From: Octopus sinensis | Taxonomy: Eukaryota | Length of the DNA: 64,000 nt | Reading direction: 5' to 3' | NCBI RefSeq assembly: GCF_006345805.1 | Contig: NC_043005.1 | Span: 38,378,001-38,442,000 of the forward strand | Shown: positions 13,005-24,619 of the stretch, piece by piece | How positions within the stretch are numbered: the stretch's first letter is position 1 | Layout of the letters: the number at the start of each line of letters is the position of its first letter | Program-made: the position numbers and the translations under genes | Notes under the pieces: generated by a model | Told to the model about the DNA's origin: nothing | The model's input: only the letters and a program-made list of their open reading frames with translations | The model's database searches: none

Positions 13005-13685
13005 ATATTATATTAATAATTACATAAATAATTATAACAAGGAATTGGCTGAACGCCTCACCACATGCTGAAGATAGACACCAAAGGCACTAAAATCACC
13101 TTAAAAACTCCAAAAGCACAGGGAGTAGTTGAGCAAAAGAAAGATAATAAATTAAACTTTTGGTTAATCATGTATAAAGATCTCATTTCAGGCTAAAGGT
13201 AAAGAAATTACCTACTGCTATCATCAGTATCGATATTTCATTGTATAAATGTACAAATATCCACACATACCCATACGAGCAGAGCCGTCACACAGCAATA
13301 TACATACCCACTTGCAAAAATATATAGTATAGGTAGAATTTACCTCTTTCTCTTCAGCCATGTGTTATATATCAAAATAATGCAGCATTGAAAATTTTCA
13401 TATATTAATTATATAATAAGGATATAATCATTCATAATCTTATCAGGTCAACAGAATATTGACACTGATGATAGCAGTCAGCATTTTTTTTACCTTTAGC
13501 ATGAAATGAGATCTCATATGCAATTAACCAAAACTTTGATTTATTATATTTCATTTACTCGACTACAACTGTGGTTTGGAGTTTTTAAGGTGGTTTTACT
13601 GCCTTTGGCGTCTAGTTTCAGCATGTGGTGAGGCGCTTTGCTAATCCTTTGTTATAATTATGTATATAATTATTAATATAATATT
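13005..13685. mobile_element. Older imperfect inverted repeat (~235-bp arms) with a hammerhead-like motif in each arm
   Basis: cgcctcaccacatgctg vs cagcatgtggtgaggcg; CTGATGA at 13465 (+) and 13221-13227 (-); GAAA-TGAGATCTCA-TA. Confidence 0.75.
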
Positions 13686-13724
13686 TGAAAAATTTACCTA
13701 TTAGGTATTTTCGTGCTGAAAATA

Positions 13725-13773
<49 letters not shown>

Positions 13774-13827
13774 ATTTATATATATATATATATATGTGTG
13801 TGGTGTGTATGTATGTATGTATGTATG

Positions 13828-13867
<40 letters not shown>

Positions 13868-13935
13868 TATATATACATATATACACACACACATACATGC
13901 ATAAATATATATTTATTTAAGCACCCACATGCAAA

Positions 13936-14011
<76 letters not shown>

Positions 14012-14016
14012 ATATT

Positions 14017-14047
<31 letters not shown>

Positions 14048-14679
14048 TCAAATTTTGGTATTTGAAGCAGTTTGATAATGTACGCATTACCAATATCACA
14101 GACTTAATGTATGTGTCAACACAATACATCTTTAAAGGGGGCCTCCCCTAGATGAAATACAGCAGCAACTTTGTAGTGTTTAAGTGTTTAATAATGCACA
14201 TACATTATGTATGTAGTATTGAAAATGCTAACATTAATAAGCAGCTTCAAACAGAAAATTTGTATTTTGTTTTACTTGTGTGACACTTTTGTACACCAGA
14301 AAATAGTTTTTATGTTATTTTGTATACACATCTCTAGTTAGTTGAGGTGAGTCATTTCGGACTGGAGGAATGTGTGGCACTGAAGAACGAAAATGAATGT
14401 AAAATATTGATATCTGTTATTCTCTTTAACTTCTGAGTTGATTTTATTTCACCTGGCTTTCAGTTATGCTGTATTTATTTTTAAGATGATACATCTTTAA
14501 AGGGATCTCCTCCGAATGAATACCACAGTTTTGCAGAGTTTACTAACACACATACATTGAGTGTGTAATATTTACTTCTTTATTACCTACAGGGGGTCAA
14601 ACATAGAGGGGATAAACGAGGACAAAGGTATTAAGCTGAAAGGCAAAGTTGACCTCAGACTTGGTCTGCTTAGAAGGTT

Positions 14680-15180
14680 GCTGTGTCCTAGCATATGTGT
14701 TGCTTATTTTAGTTTTCATATTTTCCAGTGGTGTTCTCTGTCTATTGTTTTAACTTCATCCCACAGGGGGAAGTGGTTTTCATTTTCCATACATGATCAG
14801 CTATACTCAATTTATCAATATCTCCTCATGTCACAGCTTTGTGGTGTTCCCCTACCCTTATTTTGAGGGGGTGGCATGTTTCACCTTTGCATAACCTATC
14901 ACAGCTGCATGGGATGGAGTACATGCATTCTTTAGTCATTTTCTCTTCTATTGGTGGTTTTGCTCGATGGAGATATTTGCGAAGTATTGTATTACTCTTG
15001 AATAATAGAAAATAAATAACAGACAGAGAACACAATTGAAAAATACGAAAATTAAAAGAAGCAGTACATGTACTAGGACATAATAATCTCCTAAGCAGAC
15101 TGAGTGCAGATATGAGTAGCATATGGGAACTGGTATTAAGGAAGGATAGGAAAATATTAGGTTTATAAGCCCTAAAATTC
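14680..15180 (-). mobile_element. Penelope-like GIY-YIG endonuclease remnant with an inverted partial copy of its C-terminus
   Basis: Minus strand MYSIPCSCDRLCKGETCHPLKIRVGEHHK...IDREHHWKI; plus strand 15020-15170 TDREHN*KIRKLKEAVHVLGHNNLLSR. Confidence 0.85.
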
Positions 15181-15197
15181 ACTCCATAATTGCCTAC

Positions 15198-15428
15198 AGT
15201 TATATGGTATAGTGGTTAAGAGCTCGGGCTACTAACCCCAAAATTCTGAGCCCGATTCCAGGCAGTGACCTGAATAATAATAATAATAACATCGAAATTT
15301 TCCAAACACACCTTATAAAGGTTGGAGGGTATATCAGCCGAAATGTGTTAACAACAAACAAGATGAGGACAAATATCTGTCAAATGTAAATAATATACAT
15401 AATTCCTCATCTCTCAAATATAGAACTG
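15198..15428 (+). mobile_element. tRNA-headed short element with decayed hammerhead (candidate ribozyme-bearing SINE)
   Basis: A-box tggtatagtgg, anticodon-like loop ctactaa, B-box-like gagcccgattcc, (AAT)n spacer, then ACAC-CTTATAA-A-GGTTG...CAGCC-GAAA-T-GTGT. Confidence 0.65.
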
Positions 15429-15464
15429 TATATATATATATATATATATATGTTGTATATATGT

Positions 15465-15792
15465 GAAGGCACATAGCTTAGTGGTTAGGGTGTCGGCCCT
15501 ACAATCATGAGGTAGTGAGTTTGATTCCCACACCAGATTGTGTGTTGTGTTCTTGAGTAAGAAACTTTATTTCACGTTGCTCCAGTTCACCCAGCTGTAG
15601 AAATGAATTGCAAAATCACTAGTGCTAAGCTGTATTGGCCTTTGCCTTTCTCCTGTATGACATTGGTGGCATAGAGAGGGGAGGCTGGTATGAAAGGACG
15701 ACTGCTGGTCTTCAATAAACAACCTAACCTGGAGGGTAACTTTCTTTTCGGGTGCAATCCCATGGTCATTCATGAGCAAATGGGGTCTTTAC
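15465..15792 (+). mobile_element. tRNA-derived SINE family C (cttgagcaagacac...tttcacgttgctccagt core)
   Basis: Homologous to 55165-55500 (-); A/B boxes tagcttagtgg and gagtttgattcc. Confidence 0.8.
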
Positions 15793-15865
15793 TCTTTATA
15801 TATGTATATATTTTATCTTTTACATGTTTCACTCAGTAAACTGCAGCCATGTTGGGGCACCACCT

Positions 15866-15898
<33 letters not shown>

Positions 15899-15996
15899 AT
15901 AAAGGACTATAGTGTTATTTCTTTCTTTTTAGCGATTATCAGCATAATTTAACTTGTAATTATATGCATGTGCACATACACACACACACACTAATA

Positions 15997-16338
15997 GGGG
16001 TGGCCGTGTGGTTAGAATCTTGCTTCCCAACCACATAGTTCTGGTTTCAGTTCCACTGTGTGGCATCCTGGTCTTTTACTATAGCCATCGAAGTGGATTT
16101 GGTAAATGGAAACTGAAAGAAGCCCATCATGTGTGTGTGTGTGTGTCTAGGTATCTGTATTTGTCGTCCCATCACCACTTGACAACTGGTGCTGGTGTGT
16201 TTACATCTCCGTAACTTTGTCGTTCGGCAAAAGAGACCAAAGAATAAGTACTAGACTTTAAAAAATAAGTCCTGGGATCAATTGGTTCAACTAAAATCCT
16301 TCAAGGTGGTGCTCCAGCATGGCCACAGTCAAATGACT
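15997..16338 (+). mobile_element. SINE family A, diverged
   Basis: gtggatttggta...aagagacc...gctccagcatggccacagtc. Confidence 0.85.
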
Positions 16339-17563
16339 GAAACAAATAAAAGAATAAGATATGTATATATATTTATATATGTGCACATATTTGTATACAC
16401 ACACACATATACACAAACTACACACTCACACACACACTCATATACATGTATTTGATTCACTCAATCTGAGTATATAACTGGTATCTAATTTTACTGATAT
16501 TGAAGGTAAGAAGGGAAAAGTCAGCCCTGGTGAAATTTGAGCTCAGAATAGAATATAAAAGGATTTAGCTCAATACATTTAGGTATCTCCATCCCCAGGC
16601 TAATAATATTTACAAGAATAGACAAAGTGAAGACGGCAGATGGGGTAGGGTGATGTGATGGGGGTGTAGATAGGAAGAAATGAAAGATTCTTTCAAGCAA
16701 ATCCAATCATTTCAAACTGCAATGTGCTACACATGCACTTAATTCTTAATCAAGATTATCCTGAAATGTATTATGGATTGCTTGAGTGCAAATTACTGAA
16801 TAGAATGTGCAACCATAATGGATGTGAATGCATGCAGCTATTCACGTCAACCACCCTTCCATCTTGTGTCCAATTTCATTAACTACCAAGATACCTGACT
16901 GATCATTAGGAGACATGTTCTCAGTTATGAATATTTTGTATGTTGTTTAGCCCCAAATCAATTTTAGTTAAGTAGACCTAAAATCAAAAGCATTCCAGCT
17001 ATGACCATCCAACCTTTTATTTTATTTAATTATTTTTTTCAGCCTATCTCAGAATACATTACTCAATCTAACCTTTCCTTATTTAAAATAACATGGTGTG
17101 ATATGAGGAAGATTTAGCTGCTCTTTCAAGCTTGGTTTAATGACAGCATAAATACTTCCACTTTCACAAATAATATTGTTGTTGTTTAGTGTAAGAGGAA
17201 TAAGAGGTGGGGCAAATAAAGTTGTTAGAGGTGGTGGTGGTGGTGGTGACAGTAGTATGTGATAATGGTGGTTGTAGTAGTAGGGGTGGTAGTGGTTAAT
17301 AGCTGCGGTAGTAGTATGTAGTGATGGTGGTAGTGGAGGGCTGTGAGATGGTGGGTCTGGTGACAGTGGTACAGAATGTGGTGGTAGTTGTGGCAATAGT
17401 GGCTGAAATAAGTGGTTGGTGGTGGCAGTGGTGGTGGTCATGGTGGTAAGTGGGACTGGTGGTATAAGGGTGGTAGGGTGTTGTTGCTGTTGGCATTAGT
17501 GGTGATAGTAGTAATAATAGGGGTGGGGTTAAGCTTGCAGTGATGTTATAGTGCTGTCTCATT

Positions 17564-17955
17564 GGTGGCTGTGTGGTAAGAAGCTTGCTTCCCAACCACA
17601 TGATTCTGGGTTCAGTCCCACTTCATTGCACCTTGGACAAGTGTCTTCTACTATGGACTGAGGCCTTGTGAGTGGATTTGGTAGACAGAATCTGAAAGAA
17701 GCCTGTCATAAATATATGTATATATTTATGTGTCTCCGTGTCTGTGTTTGTCCCCTCATCACCACTTGACAATCAGTTGGTGTGTTTGTGTCACCATAAC
17801 TTAGCTGTTTGGCAGAAGAGACCAATAGAATAAATACCAGGCTTAACAAAAAAATAAATACTGGGGTTGATTCATTCGACTAAAAGAATTTTTCAAGGTG
17901 GTGCCCCAGCATGGCTGCACTCTAATGACTGAAACAAGTGAAAGATAAAAAAAGA
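17564..17955 (+). mobile_element. SINE family A, diverged
   Basis: Full head, body and tail homology. Confidence 0.85.
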
Positions 17956-17963
17956 TAAAAGAT

Positions 17964-18350
17964 GTAGGAGTGACTGTGTGGTAAGTAGCTTGCTTACGAA
18001 TCACATGGTTCCGGGTTCAGTCCCACTGTGTGGCACCTTGGGCATGTGTCATCTACTATAGCTTCAGGCCAACCAAAGCCTTGTGAGTGGATTTGGTAGA
18101 CGGAAATTGAAAGAAGCCCGTTGTATATATACTCACTTTTTACTCTTTACTCTTTTACTTGTTTCAGTCATTTGACTGCGGCCATGCTGGAGCACCGCCT
18201 TAAGTCGACCAAATCGACCCCGGGACTTATTCTTTGTAAGCCCAGTACTTATTCTATCGGTCTCTTTTGCCGAACTGCTAAGTGACGGGGACGTAAACAC
18301 ACCAGCATCGGTTGTCAAGCAATGCTAGGGGGACAAACACAGACACACAA

Positions 18351-18386
<36 letters not shown>

Positions 18387-18755
18387 GCATATATACGACA
18401 GGCTTCTTTCAGTTTCCATCTACCAAATCCACTCACAAGGCATTGGTCAGCCCGGGGCTATAGCAGAAGACACTTGCCCAAGATGCCATGCAGTGGGACT
18501 GAAGCCAGAACCATGTGGTTGGTTAGCAAGCTACTTGTGTGTTTGTGTGTCTGTGTTTGTCCCCCACAACATCACTTGACAACCGATGCTGGTGTGTTTA
18601 CGACCCCGTAACTTAGCTGTTTGGCAAAAGAGACCGATAGAATAAGTACTAGGCTTACAAAGAATAAGCCCTTGGGGTCCATTTGCTCGACTAAAGGCGG
18701 TGCTCCAGTATGGCCACAGTCAAATGACTGAAACAAGTAAAAGAGTAAAGAGTAT
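17964..18755. mobile_element. Nested family-A SINEs: minus copy (18131-18535) inside the central microsatellite of a plus copy
   Basis: Plus head 17964-18128 resumes as plus tail 18536-18755. Confidence 0.85.
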
Positions 18756-19074
18756 ATAAAGTATCACAAATAAATGATATGACACTTGTATGTGACTGAT
18801 ACCATGTGACAAGTACCATATGACAGTTACCATGTGACAGTGATGATAACAACAGCAATGTCATAGGGTGAAGCAACAGCAATGCATTGCTCACTCTAAT
18901 GGTGAGCTTTAAGTGAAGGCAGAAAACAGTCATTTTAAATTCTGATGTAAAATATCCATAATGACTGTTGCCAAGTAATCTTTTTCTCTGTACATTTTTT
19001 TCTTGAAATTTCTTATTGGCCATTTTATTTTTCACTCTTTACAAGGATTTTTGTTCCTCAACTCATTATCTCTC

Positions 19075-19676
19075 AGTTCCTCGCTCTCTCTCTCTCTTTC
19101 GCTTTCTCTCTCTCTCTCTCTCTTGTACTATCATACCCTTTCTACTTTATCTTTCCTTCACTTCCCCCACCCCTCTCTTAATCTCTTTTCTTCCTATTTC
19201 TTTGTCTCTGTCTCTCTCTATATCTCTTCCTCTCTCCTTAACTACACATACCCTTATTCTGTTCCTTCATCAATTTTCTCCTCTTTCCTTTTCTATTCTC
19301 ATCTTTCCTCATCTTCCATGTCCCATTCCACATTTTATTCTACTTCATTATCCTCTCTCTCTGTCTGCCTGTCCCTCCATCTGCCCAACTGTCACACTGT
19401 GTGTGTGCCTGTGTCCTCTCTCTCTTTCTCTCCTTCCTCTCCCTCTCTGTCACCCCAACAAACACTAGCACACACAAACTCCTCTCTTTGACTATACCCA
19501 CTCCCATTTCTCTTTAATCTGCCTTCACTCTCACTCTAGTATTTTGTTTTTCTGCCCCCTCTATCACTCCCAATTTTTATTCTCTTGGTTTCTTTCCAGT
19601 GCTCCAAAACATCTATCTATTTATCTATCTATCTCTCTATCTACCTTTCTCTCTCTCTTTCTATCTAATCTATCTG

Positions 19677-19716
<40 letters not shown>

Positions 19717-19783
19717 CCTGTCTGTCTGCCTGTTTGTCTATCTATCTTTCTATCTACTTACCAACCGACCTACCCATTTATCC

Positions 19784-19815
<32 letters not shown>

Positions 19816-19980
19816 ATCTGTCTATCTATCTGTCTATTTATCTATCTATCTATCTATCTATTCATCTCTCTCTACCTGTCTGTCTGTCTCTGTGTGTACC
19901 TGTCTGCCCGTTCATCAGTCCATGTCTCTGAGTTTCAGTCTGTCTGTCTGTCTATCTATTCTCTTCTATCCATTTATCTT
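19075..19980. repeat. Pyrimidine-rich low-complexity block with (CT)n, (TCTA)n, (TCTG)n
   Basis: Directly visible; source of the SL/SIYL ORFs. Confidence 0.9.
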
Positions 19981-20927
19981 TATCACTTCATCATTCGTTT
20001 TTATATCAATCTATAATTTCTTCTCTATCAACTTCACATCTTCTGTCTCTGATAATATCTGGCAGAATTATCCAATCCATGGAAGGTTTTGCTTCCTTAA
20101 ATTCTTAAACAACTTCAAATTCATCAACGCCATCTTCATCAACACCACCATCATCATCGTCATCATCATCATCATCATTATCATTGTTATCAATGACGTC
20201 ATCGTAGTCGTCATCATCATCATCATCACCATCATTATCATCATTTAGTTTTTCAAATATTTGAAGTTGTTTTTGAAGAATTTTAACACATGTTTTGTGT
20301 TATAAAGTTGTTTTTTTCTTTTATTATTAGAGTGTGTTTCAGAATTTCCATAAACATATATGACTGTGTATTTGCATGTATTTGACTGTGTATGTTTTGT
20401 GTATGTGTACATGTACATTTTTGTTTGTTTGTGTGTTTAAGTATGTGTGTGTGTGTGTTCCCAGGCTTTTGGGGGCTTTTTCCATAGTTTTTTTTTTTTT
20501 TTTTGTTTTTAATTCATCTTTAATCTCTGTCTAATGTTTTCTTTTTACTTTCTGACAGTTGGCAAAGGTATTAACCAAAACAAATAAATAAATAAAATTT
20601 GATAAAAAGTGAACAAATATTTTAGATGATTAAATGGGAAACTATGGAAGCCAGCTTATTTCACTCCTACTCCTATCTCCCCATCTCCAGTAATCTTCAA
20701 TTTTATTTCACAAATCAACAGGAGAGCTCTTACAAAGTCACTCAGTCTTCTTTCTGTACCCAACCAGATGTTTAACAACCACCTCCCCACTGTCTTAAAA
20801 TCAGACTATCTGTACTAATTTTTGTATTTTCAGATAACATGGTTTGATAACAATTATACAGAAGTGGTCAAGGCTAGAATGTTGATTGGGTTGAATGCAG
20901 AATTTCAACCCAAATTTATGGCTGAGT

Positions 20928-20974
<47 letters not shown>

Positions 20975-21144
20975 TGTATAGGCACAGGCAGGGCTGTGTT
21001 GTAAGAAGCTAGGTTCCTAACCACCACATGTTTCTGGATTCAGTCCTACTGCATGGCACCTAAGGCAAGTGTCTTCTACTAAAGCCTTGGGCTGACCAAA
21101 TCCTTGTGAGTGGATTAAGTAGCTGGAAACTGAAAGAAGACCAT

Positions 21145-21176
<32 letters not shown>

Positions 21177-21184
21177 ATATATTA

Positions 21185-22182
21185 TATATATATATGAATA
21201 TATCCATACATATATGTACATACCTACATATATATGTATATATACATGCATATATGGGTACAGGACATCAAAAAAAGATAAACCGTTGAACACAATGAGA
21301 AACGAAAATATTAAAACAAAAATATAGAAACGAACTTCTTTTTGGAACAACGGAAAAATAAAACAGAGAAACGAGACATGCAACCTAAAGAATATTTCCC
21401 TTCTTCAGTTGTACCTGTTTCATCTACTCCGTGTTGGAAGGCAAGGACAATATGCGACTTCATTGAAACAGTCTTTCCCGCAAAGCAAATTAAATAAAAT
21501 TCGGGATTTTTTGCAGAGGGTGAAAGTGGTAACAAGAACAGGACAGTGAGAACAAAACAGTAAAAACAAACGGTGAGGGTTGTTAAGCCAAGACGATAGA
21601 ACAAATTATGAATGCTAGGAAGACGAGCTTATGAGAGGAGTCCAGTATAAGCACATTTTGTCTTTATGAAGGTAGTGAGCAGAAAGATAGATTCTCATTC
21701 ATCACGTGTCAGCGACGCGAGAGTCGAGGAGGAGGAGTGAGAGAGAGAGAGAACAGTGAAGAGGAGAGGAGAAGAATAAGGAGGCGGGGACAGAAAACCA
21801 GAAAGGACGAAGAACACGAGAGGGAGAGAGATAGAGAGAGAAGAGATAGTAGAAATAGAAGAGTGCGCATCGTAATTATTAAGATAAAACTTGGAAAAGG
21901 ATGCGTGTCGTTCGATCATATAATAATATAAACAATATATGCATATATACATACATATATGTACATACCTACATATATATGTATATATACATGCATATAT
22001 GGGTTCAGGACATAAAAAAAAAACGTTGAACACAATGGGAAACGAAAACATGAAAATAGAAACATAGAAACTAACTTATTTTGGAACAACGAAGAGAAAT
22101 GAGACATACAATATAAAGAATATTCCCCTTAAAACTTACTTGAAGAGGGTACATGGCATTCCATCATATAATAATATAAATC

Positions 22183-22190
<8 letters not shown>
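21185..22190. repeat. Direct-repeat-bounded element (~200-bp repeats at 21185-21400 and 21940-22128), pLTR-like
   Basis: catatatgggt(a/t)caggacat...cgttgaacacaatg...tggaacaacg...agaatatt occurs twice; a shorter repeat at about 21885-21935 and 22130-22185. Confidence 0.75.
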
Positions 22191-22213
<23 letters not shown>

Positions 22214-22219
22214 ATATAT

Positions 22220-22945
22220 ATATAAATTAGGATAAGACCGTTAATTTAAAATAAAATAACGATCTTATCAAGTAGCCAGCATGGAAAAAATAACCTTCAA
22301 AGGTAATAATTATTAAAATTATAAATCAGGGTATCTACGAGATACCACCATGCTGAAAATAGCAGCCATGATTCGACTCTAAAACCACCTTAAGTTTTCA
22401 TATAGCAACATGGAGAGAAGAGAAAGAGACAAGATGAAACTAGTAAAAAATTACTGGATAATTCCAGATCCCGAATTTCTGGCTTTGCATTTAGGAATGC
22501 TTTGCCTCGTCAGTGGAATACACACAGAAAGAAACATAAATACATAAATATATAAATACAACATAACGAATACTTACATATACGAATGTATACATACATA
22601 TATATGCACGTATGCATCAAGACTAGTTCAAAATGCCTGCTTAATTCCATGTGCGATATGGTTAAAATATCACCGCAGTAAATACAGTGACGAAATAAAT
22701 TTAAATTTATATAAATTACGATAAGACCGTTAATTTAAAATAAAATAACGATTTTATCAAGTGGCCAGCATGGAAAAAAATAACCGTCAAAGGTAATAAT
22801 TAAAATTATAAATTAGGGTATCTACGAGATACCACCATGCTGAAAATAGCAGCCATGATCCGACTCTAAAACCACCTTAAGTTTTCATATAGCAACATGG
22901 AGAGAAGACAAAGAGACAAGATGAAACTAGTAAAAAATTATTGGA
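22220..22945 (-). repeat. Tandem direct repeat, period about 488 bp, first copy ending in a hammerhead
   Basis: 22222-22460 near-identical to 22710-22945. Confidence 0.85.
22461..22519 (-). ncRNA. Type I hammerhead ribozyme candidate
   Basis: ATTCCA-CTGACGA-GGC-aaa-GCATT-ccta-AATGC-aaa-GCC-A-GAAA-TT-cgg-GA-TC-TGGAAT. Confidence 0.75.
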
Positions 22946-22989
22946 TATGCATATATACATACACTCACACAAAATTTGAGTTAAAAGAA

Positions 22990-23660
22990 AAATAATAATA
23001 ATCTTTTCTACAATAGGCACAATGACAAAAATTACATCGAACCCCAGTAATCAACTGGTACTTGTTTTATCGACCCCCAAAGGGATGAAAGGTAAAGAAT
23101 TTGACAGAATTTGAACTCAGAATGTAGAAATGGGCAAGATGTCACTGAACATTTTGCCTAGCATTCTAACGGTTCTGCTAGCTCAAATCCTTTTACTATA
23201 AGCAAAAGGCCTGAAATTTTTGGGGACGGGTAAGTTGATCACCCCAACAGCAGTGCATAACTATTACTTATTTCGTTGATCCCAAAAGTATGAAAGACAA
23301 AGCTGACCGTGGCAGAATCTGAACACAAAATGTAAAGATGGATGAAATACTGCTAAGCATTTCACCCAGTGTGCTAAGAATTCTACCAGCTTACCACCTT
23401 CTATAATAATAACAATAATGATAATAATAATAATCATAATAATATTAATAATCCTTTCTAGTGAAGGAACAAGGCCTTGAAATTTTGGAGGAGAGAACTA
23501 GTCGATTACATTGCTCCCAGTGTTTCACTGCAACTCAATTTATTGCTCCTGAAAGGCAAAGTCGACCTTAGCAGAATTTGGATTCAGGACATAAGGACAG
23601 ATGAACTGCTACTAAGGATTTCACCTGGTGTGCAAAGGATTCTGCCAGCTTGCCACCTTA
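22990..23660 (-). mobile_element. Three tandem family-B SINE copies
   Basis: Same unit as 1872-2741. Confidence 0.8.
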
Positions 23661-23680
23661 ATAATAATGGTAATAATAAT

Positions 23681-24602
23681 AACAAGAGCACTCAGAGAGC
23701 ACAAACCTCCACCAAGGCAATACCAACATCCTCTCAACGATCAACCAGAGATGATTTTTAAAATGAGAATATCTGAGATAAACTCGACTACTCTCACAAA
23801 CGAGAATACTAAAAATGAATCCAACCGCTCTAAAACATTAAATAAAAAAACTCTTAAAATAATCCACAATCCTTGTCCAGCACCTGTACGATCCCAATAG
23901 AATGTGAAGGTGGCTGTGAAAAATTTAGTAACAGTAATAAATAGTTTATCCTTATCTAATACAAGCTTAAGTTAACAAATTCACCATTCAAAATAGTTTC
24001 AAAGACGGACGTAATAATAATTTCTACTCAGGAATTTTTAAATGAATAGCATGAGACCTTTTGGTTTTCTCTTCTCTTAAATTCCAACCTTCCTTTAGTA
24101 TTCATGATGTTTTAGATCGATGTATAGATGCATGTATATATGTAAGTATAGTGTAGAGTGTTAATATGTATATAAGATATATAATATATATATATTATAA
24201 AAATATATTAGTGTTATTTAATTTCTGAATGGTTTTGCTGCCGTTTGTTTATGTAGTTTGATTTCTTTATCCATCAGTTTCTACTAAGATACAGATGCGA
24301 GTAAAATTAATAATAGAGAAATGGAAATAAAACTTTGGAAACAGCCTTAAGGGAGATAATTGAGAAAGACTTGAAAGTGAACATAAGATCGTAATCATGT
24401 TAATTAAATGTAGCAAACAATCTAGAATCCTTGTCCAGTACCGAATTGATCCCCAAATCTAATCAGTTCATGCCAGTTATGGGGCCAAACATCCCTGAAA
24501 GTTTCATCCAAATCCATCCTGTGGTTCTTGACATATCTTATCCATGGACAAACAAACAAAAACAACTGAAAACAATACCTTTGTCTTCGCTAAGGCGGAG
24601 GT
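23681..24602. mobile_element. Helentron/HINE (DINE-1)-like non-autonomous element interrupted by a ~540-bp insert
   Basis: Subterminal inverted repeat acctccacc / ggcggaggt; terminal hairpin acctttgtctt-cgct-aaggcggaggt; (ACAA)n near the end; aagtttcatccaaatcc motif. Confidence 0.55.
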
Positions 24603-24619
24603 AATAATAATAATAATAA

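Noticed and set aside
15198-15270. Functional tRNA gene
   Set aside because: Mispaired acceptor and T stems and a mutated B box; joined to a repeat body, so a SINE head
21385-21412. CTGAAGA-AGG-GAAA on the minus strand as a hammerhead
   Set aside because: No stem II between the core halves
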